Shown: positions 17,702-27,420, counted from the first letter of the stretch. The stretch is DNA of 64,000 nt from Candidatus Methanoperedenaceae archaeon (GCA_963753595.1 CAVWCX010000034.1:32001-96000), one strand, 5' to 3'. Numbers and translations are program-made. Notes: a model not told the origin generated them from the letters alone.

Positions 17702-18298
17702 CTATATGTCCATTACCGCCTGTTTCACAATTGACATCTGGTAGTCTAAATCAGGTGAATCAAAAATTATCCAGTAGACTCTCCCCATGTTGTAATTCAT
17801 TTTAAAATAATAGTAATTAATTGAATTATTTGTCCTCATCATATAAACATCCGGGATCGTAAACTCCATGATGTCAAGTTTTACAGGTTTAGTGAAAGAT
17901 TCATCCATCATGCCGGTATCGCCGTGCTGGTTATGGGTCTCTGACTGTCCCACATCACCTGAGTTTTCATGTTCTTCGTGTCCTGTTGAACCTCCGAGCA
18001 TGGAATTCATAGCCTTGAATGCATCGTTTGCGACATTATGATCCGGAGGTTCGGCGACCCACATCTGCATGGTGCCTTTTTTGCTCTTATACACTGCTGA
18101 ATAAGATTTTGCCAGTGGTATATTCTTCAATCCATTCATGCCCGATATCTGTTGTGCTACCGCATCGCCTGTTTCATATCCGGTCAACGTCATGTCGCCT
18201 ACTTTCTCTGTAAAAATGCTTTTTTTTGCACCTGATGAATATAGAAAAATTGCTGTAAGCACTAAAGACACAATGATTAAAATATAAACTTTTTTCAT
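17702..18298 (-). CDS. membrane-anchored hypothetical protein, paralog 1, with His-rich insert
   Basis: N-terminal TM; FTEKVGDM; GHEEHENS...HNQHG; YYYF...VYWI. Confidence 0.75.
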   Translation of the reverse strand: MKKVYILIIVSLVLTAIFLYSSGAKKSIFTEKVGDMTLTGYETGDAVAQQISGMNGLKNIPLAKSYSAVYKSKKGTMQMWVAEPPDHNVANDAFKAMNSMLGGSTGHEEHENSGDVGQSETHNQHGDTGMMDESFTKPVKLDIMEFTIPDVYMMRTNNSINYYYFKMNYNMGRVYWIIFDSPDLDYQMSIVKQAVMDI

Positions 18299-18308
18299 AT
18301 TATCTCCT

Positions 18309-18812
18309 TTAGACCGTAGATTTTTTGGCATGCTCGATAATTGCCCTGTCCTTCAGGATCGCCCTTGCAATATAAGCGCTCCCGATCATGTTTGCCAGCA
18401 ATCCTATTGTGATTATGGCATCTTTATACCGGATGAGGAATGAAGATGCGGCCAGGATAAAACCAACTGCGGGCAACAGATCGCTTACATGGTGCAGGCA
18501 GCAGGCTACCATCGTAAGAGATGAAGTTGCAGAACCGGCCATCCCCATTTTTTCTGAACCGCCTATATTTCCAGTAGTAATATTCCTGTGGTATCTGAAA
18601 AGCCCCATCTGGATTCCCACTGCCAGTGGGATCAGGTAAACAAATATGCCGTTCGATAGATAAACATCGTATCCTTTCTCAATCGAACCTTCTGCCAGGG
18701 ATGCAACAGAGATGTTGAAAAGTATTACAAGTATCCCTATGCCTGATCCGAAAATAAAAGGATTTCTCAGAAGGTTTTTGATACGCTGTATCCCGGACAT
18801 TTTATTTACCAT
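18309..18812 (-). CDS. conserved-looking membrane protein with MVACCLHH motif
   Basis: 4 TM; GIQMGLF and TMVACCLHHVSD; overlaps both neighbours. Confidence 0.75.
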   Translation of the reverse strand: MVNKMSGIQRIKNLLRNPFIFGSGIGILVILFNISVASLAEGSIEKGYDVYLSNGIFVYLIPLAVGIQMGLFRYHRNITTGNIGGSEKMGMAGSATSSLTMVACCLHHVSDLLPAVGFILAASSFLIRYKDAIITIGLLANMIGSAYIARAILKDRAIIEHAKKSTV

Positions 18813-19225
18813 TTTAAGACTCTTTCTTTTACCCCTGCAACGTCATTGATCACAAGTTCAAAACCTGCGCTATCATCAAATTCCGGGAATTTCATGTAAC
18901 CTTCAATATGATGCCCTCCCATGCCTCCATCCCACGACTCCGGTTTGATGGTATTCCCTTTACTGTCACGGATATAAGATAACTTTGCCAGCTCATAATC
19001 CAGCGATCCGGAGTGGGTATCAAGCTTAATTTCAAATTCATTATTCCCAAGATACACAGCAGTGATAGTTACTCCCGCTTCAGAGTTTTCTCTCATGTCA
19101 GGTGAATCCGAAGTTTTATCTGAAGAAGCTGGAGCTACAGTAGCTTCGGTTTTTTCTGACAGGCACCCGCTGACTGCTGCCGTAATCAAGATCAAAAGTG
19201 CTATTATTATTCCTGATATTCTCAT
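18806..19225 (-). CDS. putative lipoprotein with DTHS and GGHH motifs
   Basis: Lipobox-like AVSGC; FEIKLDTHSGSLDY; WDGGMGGHHIEG. Confidence 0.75.
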   Translation of the reverse strand: MRISGIIIALLILITAAVSGCLSEKTEATVAPASSDKTSDSPDMRENSEAGVTITAVYLGNNEFEIKLDTHSGSLDYELAKLSYIRDSKGNTIKPESWDGGMGGHHIEGYMKFPEFDDSAGFELVINDVAGVKERVLKW

Positions 19226-19485
19226 GTAAGTTCCTCCTTTTTTGTATCATTAGTCTGACTTTGAGGGTTCTGCGCACCATGATTCATGTTTTTCATCATC
19301 AAAAGATGCATTATTGGGCAAAGCAGCAGTATTCCAAAAGAAAGTATATTCTGCGAAACTCCTGCAACCCACAGAAACCCGATGAGCAAAAGCGGGATTA
19401 CGCAGCCGAGCAACATCATTATTGCATGCTTATGCCTGCTGAAAAATCCTTCCTTTATATTTGGAGTATTTGTATCGCTTTCCAT
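19222..19485 (-). CDS. DUF2933-like small membrane protein
   Basis: HAIMMLLGCVIP and LLCPIMHLLMM. Confidence 0.8.
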   Translation of the reverse strand: MESDTNTPNIKEGFFSRHKHAIMMLLGCVIPLLLIGFLWVAGVSQNILSFGILLLCPIMHLLMMKNMNHGAQNPQSQTNDTKKEELT

Positions 19486-19507
19486 TCATGCACCTCTGCA
19501 AAAAAAA

Positions 19508-19699
19508 TTACCAGAACTTCCACCAGGGTTTTTTCTCACTCATGCCTGCATGCCCACTTTTCTGGTATTTTTCTGGATCAGAATCAAAAGCTTTCTTGCA
19601 CCCGGGCGCGCAAAAATAAGTAGTCTTCCCTTTATATTCTGATTTGTACTGTGCCGTATTTTCATCTACTAACATTCCACAAATTGGGTCTTTCTGCAT
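19508..19699 (-). CDS. YHS/TRASH metal-binding protein
   Basis: KDPICGM.VD...YKGKTTYFCAPGCKKAFDSDPEKY. Confidence 0.88.
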   Translation of the reverse strand: MQKDPICGMLVDENTAQYKSEYKGKTTYFCAPGCKKAFDSDPEKYQKSGHAGMSEKKPWWKFW

Positions 19700-19737
19700 A
19701 TTGTTCATATCTCCTTTTATTGTTTTTAACATATTTG

Positions 19738-19760
19738 TACTTTACGTTTAATGTAAAGTA
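19738..19760. promoter_or_regulatory. TTTAC-N7-GTAAA operator, copy 1 (TACTTTAC-gtttaat-GTAAAGTA)
   Basis: 8-bp arms upstream of the YHS cluster; motif recurs six times in the window. Confidence 0.8.
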
Positions 19761-19766
19761 AGTATC

Positions 19767-20258
19767 TTATGACGGCGGTGATGTATTTGTTCCAACACCC
19801 CTGCCTGAATACCTGTCATCGATGATTTTTCTGACATCTTTGAGTGAATATCCCGTCATCAACATGTCCCTTGCTTCAAGCGTTATGTCATTGCATAACT
19901 TGCATTCCGACGCATGCGGCTCATAGTTTCCATCAGATTTGATGTAACAATCCTTGAGGCTCTTATGTGACAGGAGCTTGTCTGAATGCTGCATGCCAGC
20001 ACAGCCGCAGTAGCAGGCCAGGTACATGACCTTATCCTGATTCTGTGACGCAAAGATATAGGCTTCAGCCACCCGGCTGGTTTTCCGGGCGAAATCCGGA
20101 AGTTCAGGTTTGACTAATATATTAGTACTGTAAGCTCCTGATTTGTCCAGACTTGTTTTGTTCAATATTTGCGAGTCACTGGATATTGTATACATTGTAT
20201 ACACTATTATTAAGATCACCAGGATCGAAATTGCACCAGGGATAAATTTAAATTTCAT
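19767..20258 (-). CDS. PCYCGC-motif family membrane-anchored protein
   Basis: EAYIFA...LACYCGC...HKSLKDCY...HASECKLC...IDDRY. Confidence 0.85.
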   Translation of the reverse strand: MKFKFIPGAISILVILIIVYTMYTISSDSQILNKTSLDKSGAYSTNILVKPELPDFARKTSRVAEAYIFASQNQDKVMYLACYCGCAGMQHSDKLLSHKSLKDCYIKSDGNYEPHASECKLCNDITLEARDMLMTGYSLKDVRKIIDDRYSGRGVGTNTSPPS

Positions 20259-20270
20259 GCATTCTCCATA

Positions 20271-20966
20271 TCAAATTATTTCCAGTATCACAAATCCCAT
20301 AGCCACCATGAACGACCCCATCAACAGTTTTATTCTCATTTTGTTCCTTGACTGCCATGCTATCATTTTATCTACAACAGCCCTATTGGTGGAGGCAAGA
20401 AGAACTGCAACAAGAGGCACGATAAGCATCAGGTTGTAGAGCAAAAGGTATAGTATGCCCTGAGCCAGCGTGGATTGTAGTGATAACAAACCAATAACTG
20501 CAAGATATATGCCGCCGCTGCATGGCACTGTACAAAGACCGACAAGGACACCGGCTCCGAAGACACCTGGTACAGTTGTGCGCCTTATCCAGTTGTTTAT
20601 TGAGGTGTGCATGCTCCCTGGAATTGCCAGGAGGGGGCTGCCAGGTATGAAATAATCCTTCATTACTATCACGCCAAGTATGATGGAAATTAATCCGGCA
20701 GCCTTACCCACAGCATGAGTTGTTGAAAAAAAGGATATAGCGCTCAGGAAACCGATACCTATTAAAACATAGGTTACAAAAATTCCGCTGATATATATCG
20801 AACCCACTTTCATCAGTCCATACCTGTAATCAGATTGAAACTGGAGCATTCCCATAGTAAAAGTGATGAAAAGAAGCAGGACTGCAAAAGCGCAGGGATT
20901 GAAACCGTCAATTAAGCCTGCCGTAATCACCAGGGGAAGTGTTAAAGTCTGTGGGTCGATCGCCAT
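20271..20966 (-). CDS. CcdA/DsbD-TM-like cytochrome c biogenesis protein
   Basis: GLIDGFNPCAF and TVPCSGGIY redox Cys pair; LLYNL. Confidence 0.82.
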   Translation of the reverse strand: MAIDPQTLTLPLVITAGLIDGFNPCAFAVLLLFITFTMGMLQFQSDYRYGLMKVGSIYISGIFVTYVLIGIGFLSAISFFSTTHAVGKAAGLISIILGVIVMKDYFIPGSPLLAIPGSMHTSINNWIRRTTVPGVFGAGVLVGLCTVPCSGGIYLAVIGLLSLQSTLAQGILYLLLYNLMLIVPLVAVLLASTNRAVVDKMIAWQSRNKMRIKLLMGSFMVAMGFVILEII

Positions 20967-20973
20967 TGCTGCC

Positions 20974-21438
20974 TCAAACCACTATAAGTGTCCCATGCAT
21001 GCCCGGATTCTCCTTTCCTCCACAGCAAATATCGCAATACCAGTGATATTCGCCTTTCTGAGTTGGCGTGAAGGTAATAACTTCCTGGCTTTCAGGCTGG
21101 ACTGTGACATTCAGATTGGCCAGTCCTGTTGTGAGAATGAAGTTGTGCATTCCACCGCCGTCGGTATGGTATGAATTATCAGGGTTTATAAGGTTTATGG
21201 TGACAGGCTGCCCTGCTTTTGCTGTGATTGTATTTGGTTCAAAGCCTGCCATGCTGATGGTCATTTTTATGGCATTTTTGTCAACTGGTTCCATAGCCTC
21301 TGATTTACTCAGGATCAAATAAATCGCGCTGCCAAATATCGCAATAACGATAACGATGAACAGAATGCTCATGTATGGAATCTTTTTCTCCAGATTTCCT
21401 TTTGTTCTTTTATGTTTTTTTGATATTGACATTTTCAA
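20974..21438 (-). CDS. membrane-anchored cupredoxin-domain protein
   Basis: GFEPNTITAKAGQPVTI...HNF...GEYHWYCDICCGGKENPGMHGTLIV. Confidence 0.85.
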   Translation of the reverse strand: MKMSISKKHKRTKGNLEKKIPYMSILFIVIVIAIFGSAIYLILSKSEAMEPVDKNAIKMTISMAGFEPNTITAKAGQPVTINLINPDNSYHTDGGGMHNFILTTGLANLNVTVQPESQEVITFTPTQKGEYHWYCDICCGGKENPGMHGTLIVV

Positions 21439-21447
21439 TCCTCCTGA

Positions 21448-22380
21448 TCACATTTTATTATTCGGCTGTTTAATCCCCGTTTGAAAAAAGTTCGGACCGG
21501 GCTTCTTTTTTAATTTATCGATCTTAATACAAATCCGGATTGCTTTCTGCCGGTATTCTTCCATTAATTTCCTGTATTCTTCCGAGATTTCAGGCCCTGC
21601 ATGTTTTTCAAATCCATGAATTGTCATGAAAATGTTTCTTTTCTCATTCTCAAGCTCTTCCAGGGTGTATTCTTTTTTATATTTCCTGAAGATTTTCCTC
21701 CTGAAACGATAGACTAAACCAATTGAAAACAAAAAAAGAACTCCAATTCCCGCATATTGATAATCCGGTTCCTTCGTCATTTTAACCGGAATACTTACAG
21801 TCTCCCCCGCTTTGATATCATTAAAACTGATGATTTGATATTCATTTCCTCCAAGCGTTATAGTCTCATTTGATCTATCTATGCGCAAGCCATTTTTTTT
21901 ATCGATGAACATCACAATGGAAATGGTATTATATATGGCAGTTTTATTGAACGTATATTCTTGATACTGAAAAGGAAGTGCATATGATATCTGCATCTCA
22001 AAGTTAGCCGCCGGCGCGATCGACTTCATGGGATCTATATATACGACACCTTCATCCTGAACAAGGCAGCATTCCATTGCCTGAGCTTCAAGGTTTCTTA
22101 TATCAGGGGGAGTTGATATGGCAAAGAATGTATGGTTATCCTTGCTGTAGTGAATTTCAGGCCCCTCATTCCTGAATACAACGATCTCAGATATCTCAAG
22201 AGATTTATTTTTCATTGAGATGAAAATATGATCAAGAGCAACACTTATATTGTAATTTCCAGCATTATTTACATCGGTGATATTTACATCGGTGATCTTT
22301 TCATCAATCCGGGCAGAAGCTATGCCTGTGAAATACAATAGAGCTATGAATATAGAAATGGATCCCTTCAAAGCTATCAC
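21448..22380 (-). CDS. exported MECCL-motif protein with TM and CcmI-like tail (short paralog)
   Basis: Signal peptide; LDHIFI...AMECCL...IDPM; TM; LEELENEK...EEY.KL..EY.QKA. Confidence 0.7.
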   Translation of the reverse strand: MIALKGSISIFIALLYFTGIASARIDEKITDVNITDVNNAGNYNISVALDHIFISMKNKSLEISEIVVFRNEGPEIHYSKDNHTFFAISTPPDIRNLEAQAMECCLVQDEGVVYIDPMKSIAPAANFEMQISYALPFQYQEYTFNKTAIYNTISIVMFIDKKNGLRIDRSNETITLGGNEYQIISFNDIKAGETVSIPVKMTKEPDYQYAGIGVLFLFSIGLVYRFRRKIFRKYKKEYTLEELENEKRNIFMTIHGFEKHAGPEISEEYRKLMEEYRQKAIRICIKIDKLKKKPGPNFFQTGIKQPNNKM

Positions 22381-22853
22381 TGCTTATCCTCCAGTGTTGA
22401 TGTGTCATTAGATACATGTTTTTCATTCGTGTCAGGTTCATCAATTTCAGAAACAAAATTCCTGTATTCTTCTTCAAACTGCTGTTCATACTTTTTCATA
22501 TCGGGTATAATATCCATTTTCATTTTTCTTGAAAAAATGAATACAATAAACACAAGTAGAAGGCTTAATGATGTACCAATGACCCATAATTTTGAGATGT
22601 CCTTCCCGGGAGGAGCTATTATCTCCGTTCCATATTCTGCCTGAAGGGCTGAGAATATCTGCTTTTTGGAAAATCCGCTTTCCTTCATCAGAGTAATTTC
22701 TTTTTTTACCTGTATTGCTGTTGTGCAATCGCATGTTGAAATAACCATGGCACATTCGCATGGGCATATCAGGCCGGATGTCATATCATCATCTGCCATG
22801 ACAGGTTTAATTCCTGATATTAGAAGTGTAAAAAGCATAATTACCCTGAGCAT
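22377..22853 (-). CDS. CcmH/NrfF-like protein 2
   Basis: LICPCECAMVISTCDC...IKKEI-like segment...QI...L.AEYGTEIIAPP, then TM. Confidence 0.75.
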   Translation of the reverse strand: MLRVIMLFTLLISGIKPVMADDDMTSGLICPCECAMVISTCDCTTAIQVKKEITLMKESGFSKKQIFSALQAEYGTEIIAPPGKDISKLWVIGTSLSLLLVFIVFIFSRKMKMDIIPDMKKYEQQFEEEYRNFVSEIDEPDTNEKHVSNDTSTLEDKQ

Positions 22854-22921
22854 TATTTTCCTCGTATCGCAGGGGCTTTATTGAACACAAGATGCGGGTC
22901 TCCCCGCAATCTCATGCATGT

Positions 22922-24559
22922 TTACTCATTGCGTTCGATATCATCTATCCTCTGTTCAATAATTTCCTTTAATTCTACCCTGTTCTCTCCTTCTTTTTCT
23001 CTATCAAGCAGCTCTTCCAGGATATCTATGTCGCCTATATGTGCGATCATTTTTTCAAGGACATATACGGGCTGGTTGAGATCAAGGTTCAAGGCTGCTT
23101 CTTTCAATTGTTTTAATACAAGCGTTGCATTTTGTTTATGTTCTTTCTTTTGCTCCTTGTAATCTTTTTGTGTAATTTCTCCTGCATTGAATTTATTTTC
23201 AAGGGCGAGAATAGACCCGAATGCTGCATTCTTTTCAACAAGCAATTCATCGAATGACATTTCAGCAATGTCTTTCTCCACTACATTTTCTAAAAGAACA
23301 CCTGGTTGCGGGCTGACCGCTGCCTGGGGCTCATCAATCGATACCTTCGCTACAGGAGTTGTTCTAACAATGTGCCTTTTTGGCTTTTTGCCTATTTTGT
23401 TTTTAAGGAACGGGTATGAGACAGCCCCGATCAATATTACTGCAACAACAGGGATAAGATAATTGAAATCCTCGCCGCCGCTTGTCTTTGGAACATACCC
23501 GGTTATCCGGATATCCAGTCCCTGCTCTTTTGGCACGTTCTTGAAGCTTAAGACTTCAAATTCTTTTCCCTCCCTTGGCACTATTTCCTTATTGCCAGAT
23601 TGGCTTTCTATCCCAAAACCGTTATTTTTTTCAGATAGCAGCGTCAGGTATGATGTATTGTAGATCATACCTTTGTAAAATATATCTTTCGAGGATCCAG
23701 GATTAAAAATATATGAGATCGAGACACTATATGTTCCACCCGGTAAAATAGGATACATCGGGTCTATCCATGCAGAATCTTTCTCCCTTTGCAGGCAGCA
23801 TTCCATTGCATCCGTTGTGAATCTCGTTATACCTTCTGGTGTTGCTATGCCAACAAATGCCCTGTCTTTGCTAAAGAAAACCTTATCTCCGGTATTCACG
23901 AATTCAACGTATTCATCAACTTTTATTCCGCCCGATGCCGAAGAAAGGACAATATGGTCAATACTTACAGTAAGTACATCCCCTTCTTTTGTGCTATCGT
24001 AAACACTGAAATCAGCTTTTTCTGAAGAATTCACCTGTTTTGTGTAAGGAGCATCTGCATAATTTGTCTCTACGAAATAACTTTTCCCGGCACTTACACT
24101 GTTGAATGAATAATTACCATTCTTATCCGTAGAAGTATTCATTACTTCGATCCCGGTCGCATCCATAAGGCGTACCGGTACCCCTTCAATTGTCTTATTT
24201 GCCTTCCGGACATATCCTGAAATCTTCTCTGAGAGATTAAAATCCACTACAGCTTTCCACTGTAGACCGATATTTTCTCCATAAGTTATATCATTGTAGG
24301 TCACATTGACCCGGTACATACCGTCTTTGAGATCATTAAATACATAATTCCCATCTTTATCTGTTGCAGAATCCGAGAGCTGTTTGAAAGTATAAACAAC
24401 ACCTGCTTCCGGGCTCTGTGTGGCGTTTACGCTGCTTAGTGTGACTTTCTGGTCAGCAAGCTTTTTACCGTAAGATATTACATTACCGCTTATCTCTGAG
24501 GCTGAAGCTGCATTTGCGAAAATAACCAGCATTATAAAAATTGATACTAATTTATTCAT
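22922..24559 (-). CDS. exported protein: two CarboxypepD_reg-like domains + MECCL domain + TM + CcmI-like tail
   Basis: TDKDGNYVF and TDKNGNYSF repeats; IDHIVL...AMECCL...IDPM; LENKFNAGEITQKDY; start taken at MNKLVS. Confidence 0.75.
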   Translation of the reverse strand: MNKLVSIFIMLVIFANAASASEISGNVISYGKKLADQKVTLSSVNATQSPEAGVVYTFKQLSDSATDKDGNYVFNDLKDGMYRVNVTYNDITYGENIGLQWKAVVDFNLSEKISGYVRKANKTIEGVPVRLMDATGIEVMNTSTDKNGNYSFNSVSAGKSYFVETNYADAPYTKQVNSSEKADFSVYDSTKEGDVLTVSIDHIVLSSASGGIKVDEYVEFVNTGDKVFFSKDRAFVGIATPEGITRFTTDAMECCLQREKDSAWIDPMYPILPGGTYSVSISYIFNPGSSKDIFYKGMIYNTSYLTLLSEKNNGFGIESQSGNKEIVPREGKEFEVLSFKNVPKEQGLDIRITGYVPKTSGGEDFNYLIPVVAVILIGAVSYPFLKNKIGKKPKRHIVRTTPVAKVSIDEPQAAVSPQPGVLLENVVEKDIAEMSFDELLVEKNAAFGSILALENKFNAGEITQKDYKEQKKEHKQNATLVLKQLKEAALNLDLNQPVYVLEKMIAHIGDIDILEELLDREKEGENRVELKEIIEQRIDDIERNE

Positions 24560-24974
24560 TTTTTTCATTCTCCTGCAAGAACTTTTCATATTCCAATTCA
24601 AATTCCTCGTTCTCATCCATTCTTTTCCTGCTGATCTTGTAAACAACAACCCCGCCAACTAAGATCCCGGCAGGTAATGCAAGCCATACTATCCAGTCAA
24701 ATCCTTCTTTAGGCGGTGTGGCAAGTACGCCTTTTCCGTATTCTGCCACAAGTTTATTGTAAATCTCTTTCTCAGAAAGACCCTGGCCGATCATAGCCTT
24801 GATTTTATCTTTAATTTCAAGTGAGCTGGGGCATGTGCAGTCGATCACGATCATGGTACATCCTCCCTGGTCGGGGCAGTTCAGGTTCGCTGTTATGTCA
24901 TCTTCTGTCACGGCCAATACCGGCACTGTTAATACAAGGAGGAAGAACCAAATTGCAACTATTTTATGTTTCAT
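24552..24974 (-). CDS. ccmH: CcmH/NrfF-like protein 1
   Basis: LNCPDQGGCTMIVIDCTCP...G.SEKEI...LVAEYG..VLATPP..GF.W..W..P. Confidence 0.8.
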   Translation of the reverse strand: MKHKIVAIWFFLLVLTVPVLAVTEDDITANLNCPDQGGCTMIVIDCTCPSSLEIKDKIKAMIGQGLSEKEIYNKLVAEYGKGVLATPPKEGFDWIVWLALPAGILVGGVVVYKISRKRMDENEEFELEYEKFLQENEKNE

Positions 24975-26971
24975 ATACTCTCCGCAGTAATTGTTTTTTG
25001 TACATTTTGATTTATATTTATATCATCAGATGTTATTTTTCGCCTTATCGGTACAACTGTTGACAGGCATATCAGGATCCCCAGTATAAGCACATGGAAT
25101 CCACCTAACCACATCAGGAACATCATTGGCATCACCTTGATCTTGACAGTGGCGCTGTCAGCCGTGATGGCCTGGGCTGAGAAATAAAGGTCATCTATAC
25201 CCACCCTGTAAGACATGGGTTTGACATTCGTGCTCTCCTGCTTTGGATAGTGATACATGCGAGCTTCGCCTTTTGTCAGGACTTTCTCGCCTTTCTTATA
25301 GACATCAAAATATGCCGCCTGTACATCTCTGTTACCCTGGGTATACTGGTCGATATTCATTAGCTTGAAGTCATAATCTCCAACGCTGTATGTCCCGCCA
25401 ACTCGCATATTGTAGGTCTGTGCCTGCTCATATACTACGGCGCCAGCTGCGGCTACGATTATCATAAGGATTCCAATATGGCACATGTAGCCGCCAAAGG
25501 TGCGGCGGTTATTCATGAACGCCCTGTAAATATTCTTCAGGGCTCCTGCATCGTCAATCTTTTTCTGCTTTTTCACTATTCTGGATATATCCAGAAGATG
25601 AGTGGCGCTGACCAGTACGGAGCCGGCAACCGCAACCTGTGCATAAAAATCACGTATACCGATGATGAAAGCGATTATCATTGCAATAACAGACAAAGCA
25701 AGTGGTTTTGTAAAGTTCCTCTGGAGATGGGAAATGGACGCCTTGCGCCATGCTATGAGAGGACATATGCCCATCAGGAATAGAAGCGCTATGCCAAGCG
25801 GGACATTTATCTGGTTGTAGAAAACCGGACCTACCATCACCTTGTAACCCCTGAAGGCTTCAGATAAGAGAGGATATGTAGTCCCCCATAGCACTGACGT
25901 GGTCGCAGCGATGAATATCCAGTTGTTATAGAGAAAACTTGCCTCACGCGATACGAATGATTCAAAGATATTCTTGCTGTTTATCGATTTGTATTTCCAT
26001 GCTACAAGCGCCAGGGTTGCTGCAAGCACCACTATCATGTAATTGATATAATAATATGCGGTCTCAGACGCACCAAAGGTATGTACAGAAGCGATTATCC
26101 CGCTCCGGGTAAGAAGCGTCCCATATATCGTGAGTTCCCATGTGAAAAGGATGAGCAGGATATTCCAGAACTTCATTCCGCCCTTACGTTCCTGTATCAT
26201 AGTGCTGTGATAGAATGCCGTCAGGGTAAGCCAGGGGAGGAATGAAGCGTTCTCAACAGGGTCCCAGCCCCAGAAGCCGCCCCAATTGAGCACAGTATAT
26301 GCCCACCAGCTCCCGAACATGTTGCCAAGAGCCAGTCCAAGCCACGCCCACAGCGCCCAGCGGCGTGCGCGGTAAATCCATGTATCATCTGAAAGATAGA
26401 TACCTGCGGCCATCAGGGCGAACGGGATCAATACCCCTGCATAACCCCAGAATAGCGTTGTGGGGTGAAACAGCATTCCAGGGTCCTGGAGAATCGGATT
26501 GAGACCATTTCCGTCCACAGGCATGAAATCAAGCATCCTGAAAGGACGGGATACTGTAAGCAGCATGTAGAAGAAATAAGCAAGAGTGACAAGGATTATA
26601 GGCATTGCATGTTTGATGAGGTTATCATAGGATTTCCCACGGACTGCGATTATTGCTATATATATGGATATGAGCCAGGCCCATAGCAGTAATGAGCCAT
26701 CAGCGCCAGCCCAGAATCCAGAAATGGTATAGATCAACGACAGGTCAAGGCTGCTGTACATCGCAACATACTCATACTGGAAGTTGCGGGTAATAAAGAG
26801 ATTAAAAAGCCAGATTGAAGCAATAGTGGTCAGAACCGCGATACCGACGATGGCGATCCTTGCGCTGCTGAAAAGTTCATCTTTCTTTTTCCATATCCCG
26901 ATTATGTGCGCAATAAGTGCATAAACGGTTAATAACAGTGCGATTATTAATGTTGTTTCACCTAATTCCAT
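24971..26971 (-). CDS. ccmF: cytochrome c heme lyase CcmF (copy 1)
   Basis: WAGADGSLLLW, GNGLNPILQ, FHP, WGGFWGWDPVENASFLPW, TRSG...SVHTF. Confidence 0.95.
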   Translation of the reverse strand: MELGETTLIIALLLTVYALIAHIIGIWKKKDELFSSARIAIVGIAVLTTIASIWLFNLFITRNFQYEYVAMYSSLDLSLIYTISGFWAGADGSLLLWAWLISIYIAIIAVRGKSYDNLIKHAMPIILVTLAYFFYMLLTVSRPFRMLDFMPVDGNGLNPILQDPGMLFHPTTLFWGYAGVLIPFALMAAGIYLSDDTWIYRARRWALWAWLGLALGNMFGSWWAYTVLNWGGFWGWDPVENASFLPWLTLTAFYHSTMIQERKGGMKFWNILLILFTWELTIYGTLLTRSGIIASVHTFGASETAYYYINYMIVVLAATLALVAWKYKSINSKNIFESFVSREASFLYNNWIFIAATTSVLWGTTYPLLSEAFRGYKVMVGPVFYNQINVPLGIALLFLMGICPLIAWRKASISHLQRNFTKPLALSVIAMIIAFIIGIRDFYAQVAVAGSVLVSATHLLDISRIVKKQKKIDDAGALKNIYRAFMNNRRTFGGYMCHIGILMIIVAAAGAVVYEQAQTYNMRVGGTYSVGDYDFKLMNIDQYTQGNRDVQAAYFDVYKKGEKVLTKGEARMYHYPKQESTNVKPMSYRVGIDDLYFSAQAITADSATVKIKVMPMMFLMWLGGFHVLILGILICLSTVVPIRRKITSDDININQNVQKTITAESI

Positions 26972-26983
26972 GAAAATTCTCCT

Positions 26984-27394
26984 TTATGTTTCGTTGTGGT
27001 CCCCATGATCAAGATCTCCACCGTATTTTGAGGGACATTTCGTTACGACCTGGGTTGCCTCAAAAGTGCCATTTATGAAAATACCGGTAACAACCGCCGG
27101 GATTCCTTCTTTATAATTTCCCGGCATTCCCTGGTTCGATACAACAGTGATCGAAGAGTTCTTATCCGCAAGTTTAAACGTCAGAAGGGCTTTTTCCGGC
27201 ACCCAGACCGTTGAGCCTTTTAGTATGGTGCCATTAACATTCACGATTTTACCGTCTAATGTATCAGCTTTCTGGACGAATTCATCCACTTCATAGTAAA
27301 ATGAGAGTGCGTTGCTGAAGCTCTGCGCTGTAAGAAATAATATAAGTATAACCACGATCCCGACACCGAGCATGTTTTTTTGTTTTCTGTTCAT
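26984..27394 (-). CDS. ccmE: heme chaperone CcmE, CxxxY type
   Basis: N-terminal TM, OB fold, TKCPSKY. Confidence 0.92.
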   Translation of the reverse strand: MNRKQKNMLGVGIVVILILFLTAQSFSNALSFYYEVDEFVQKADTLDGKIVNVNGTILKGSTVWVPEKALLTFKLADKNSSITVVSNQGMPGNYKEGIPAVVTGIFINGTFEATQVVTKCPSKYGGDLDHGDHNET

Positions 27395-27420
27395 TCAGTT
27401 TCCTCTTATCCAGATTCAAC

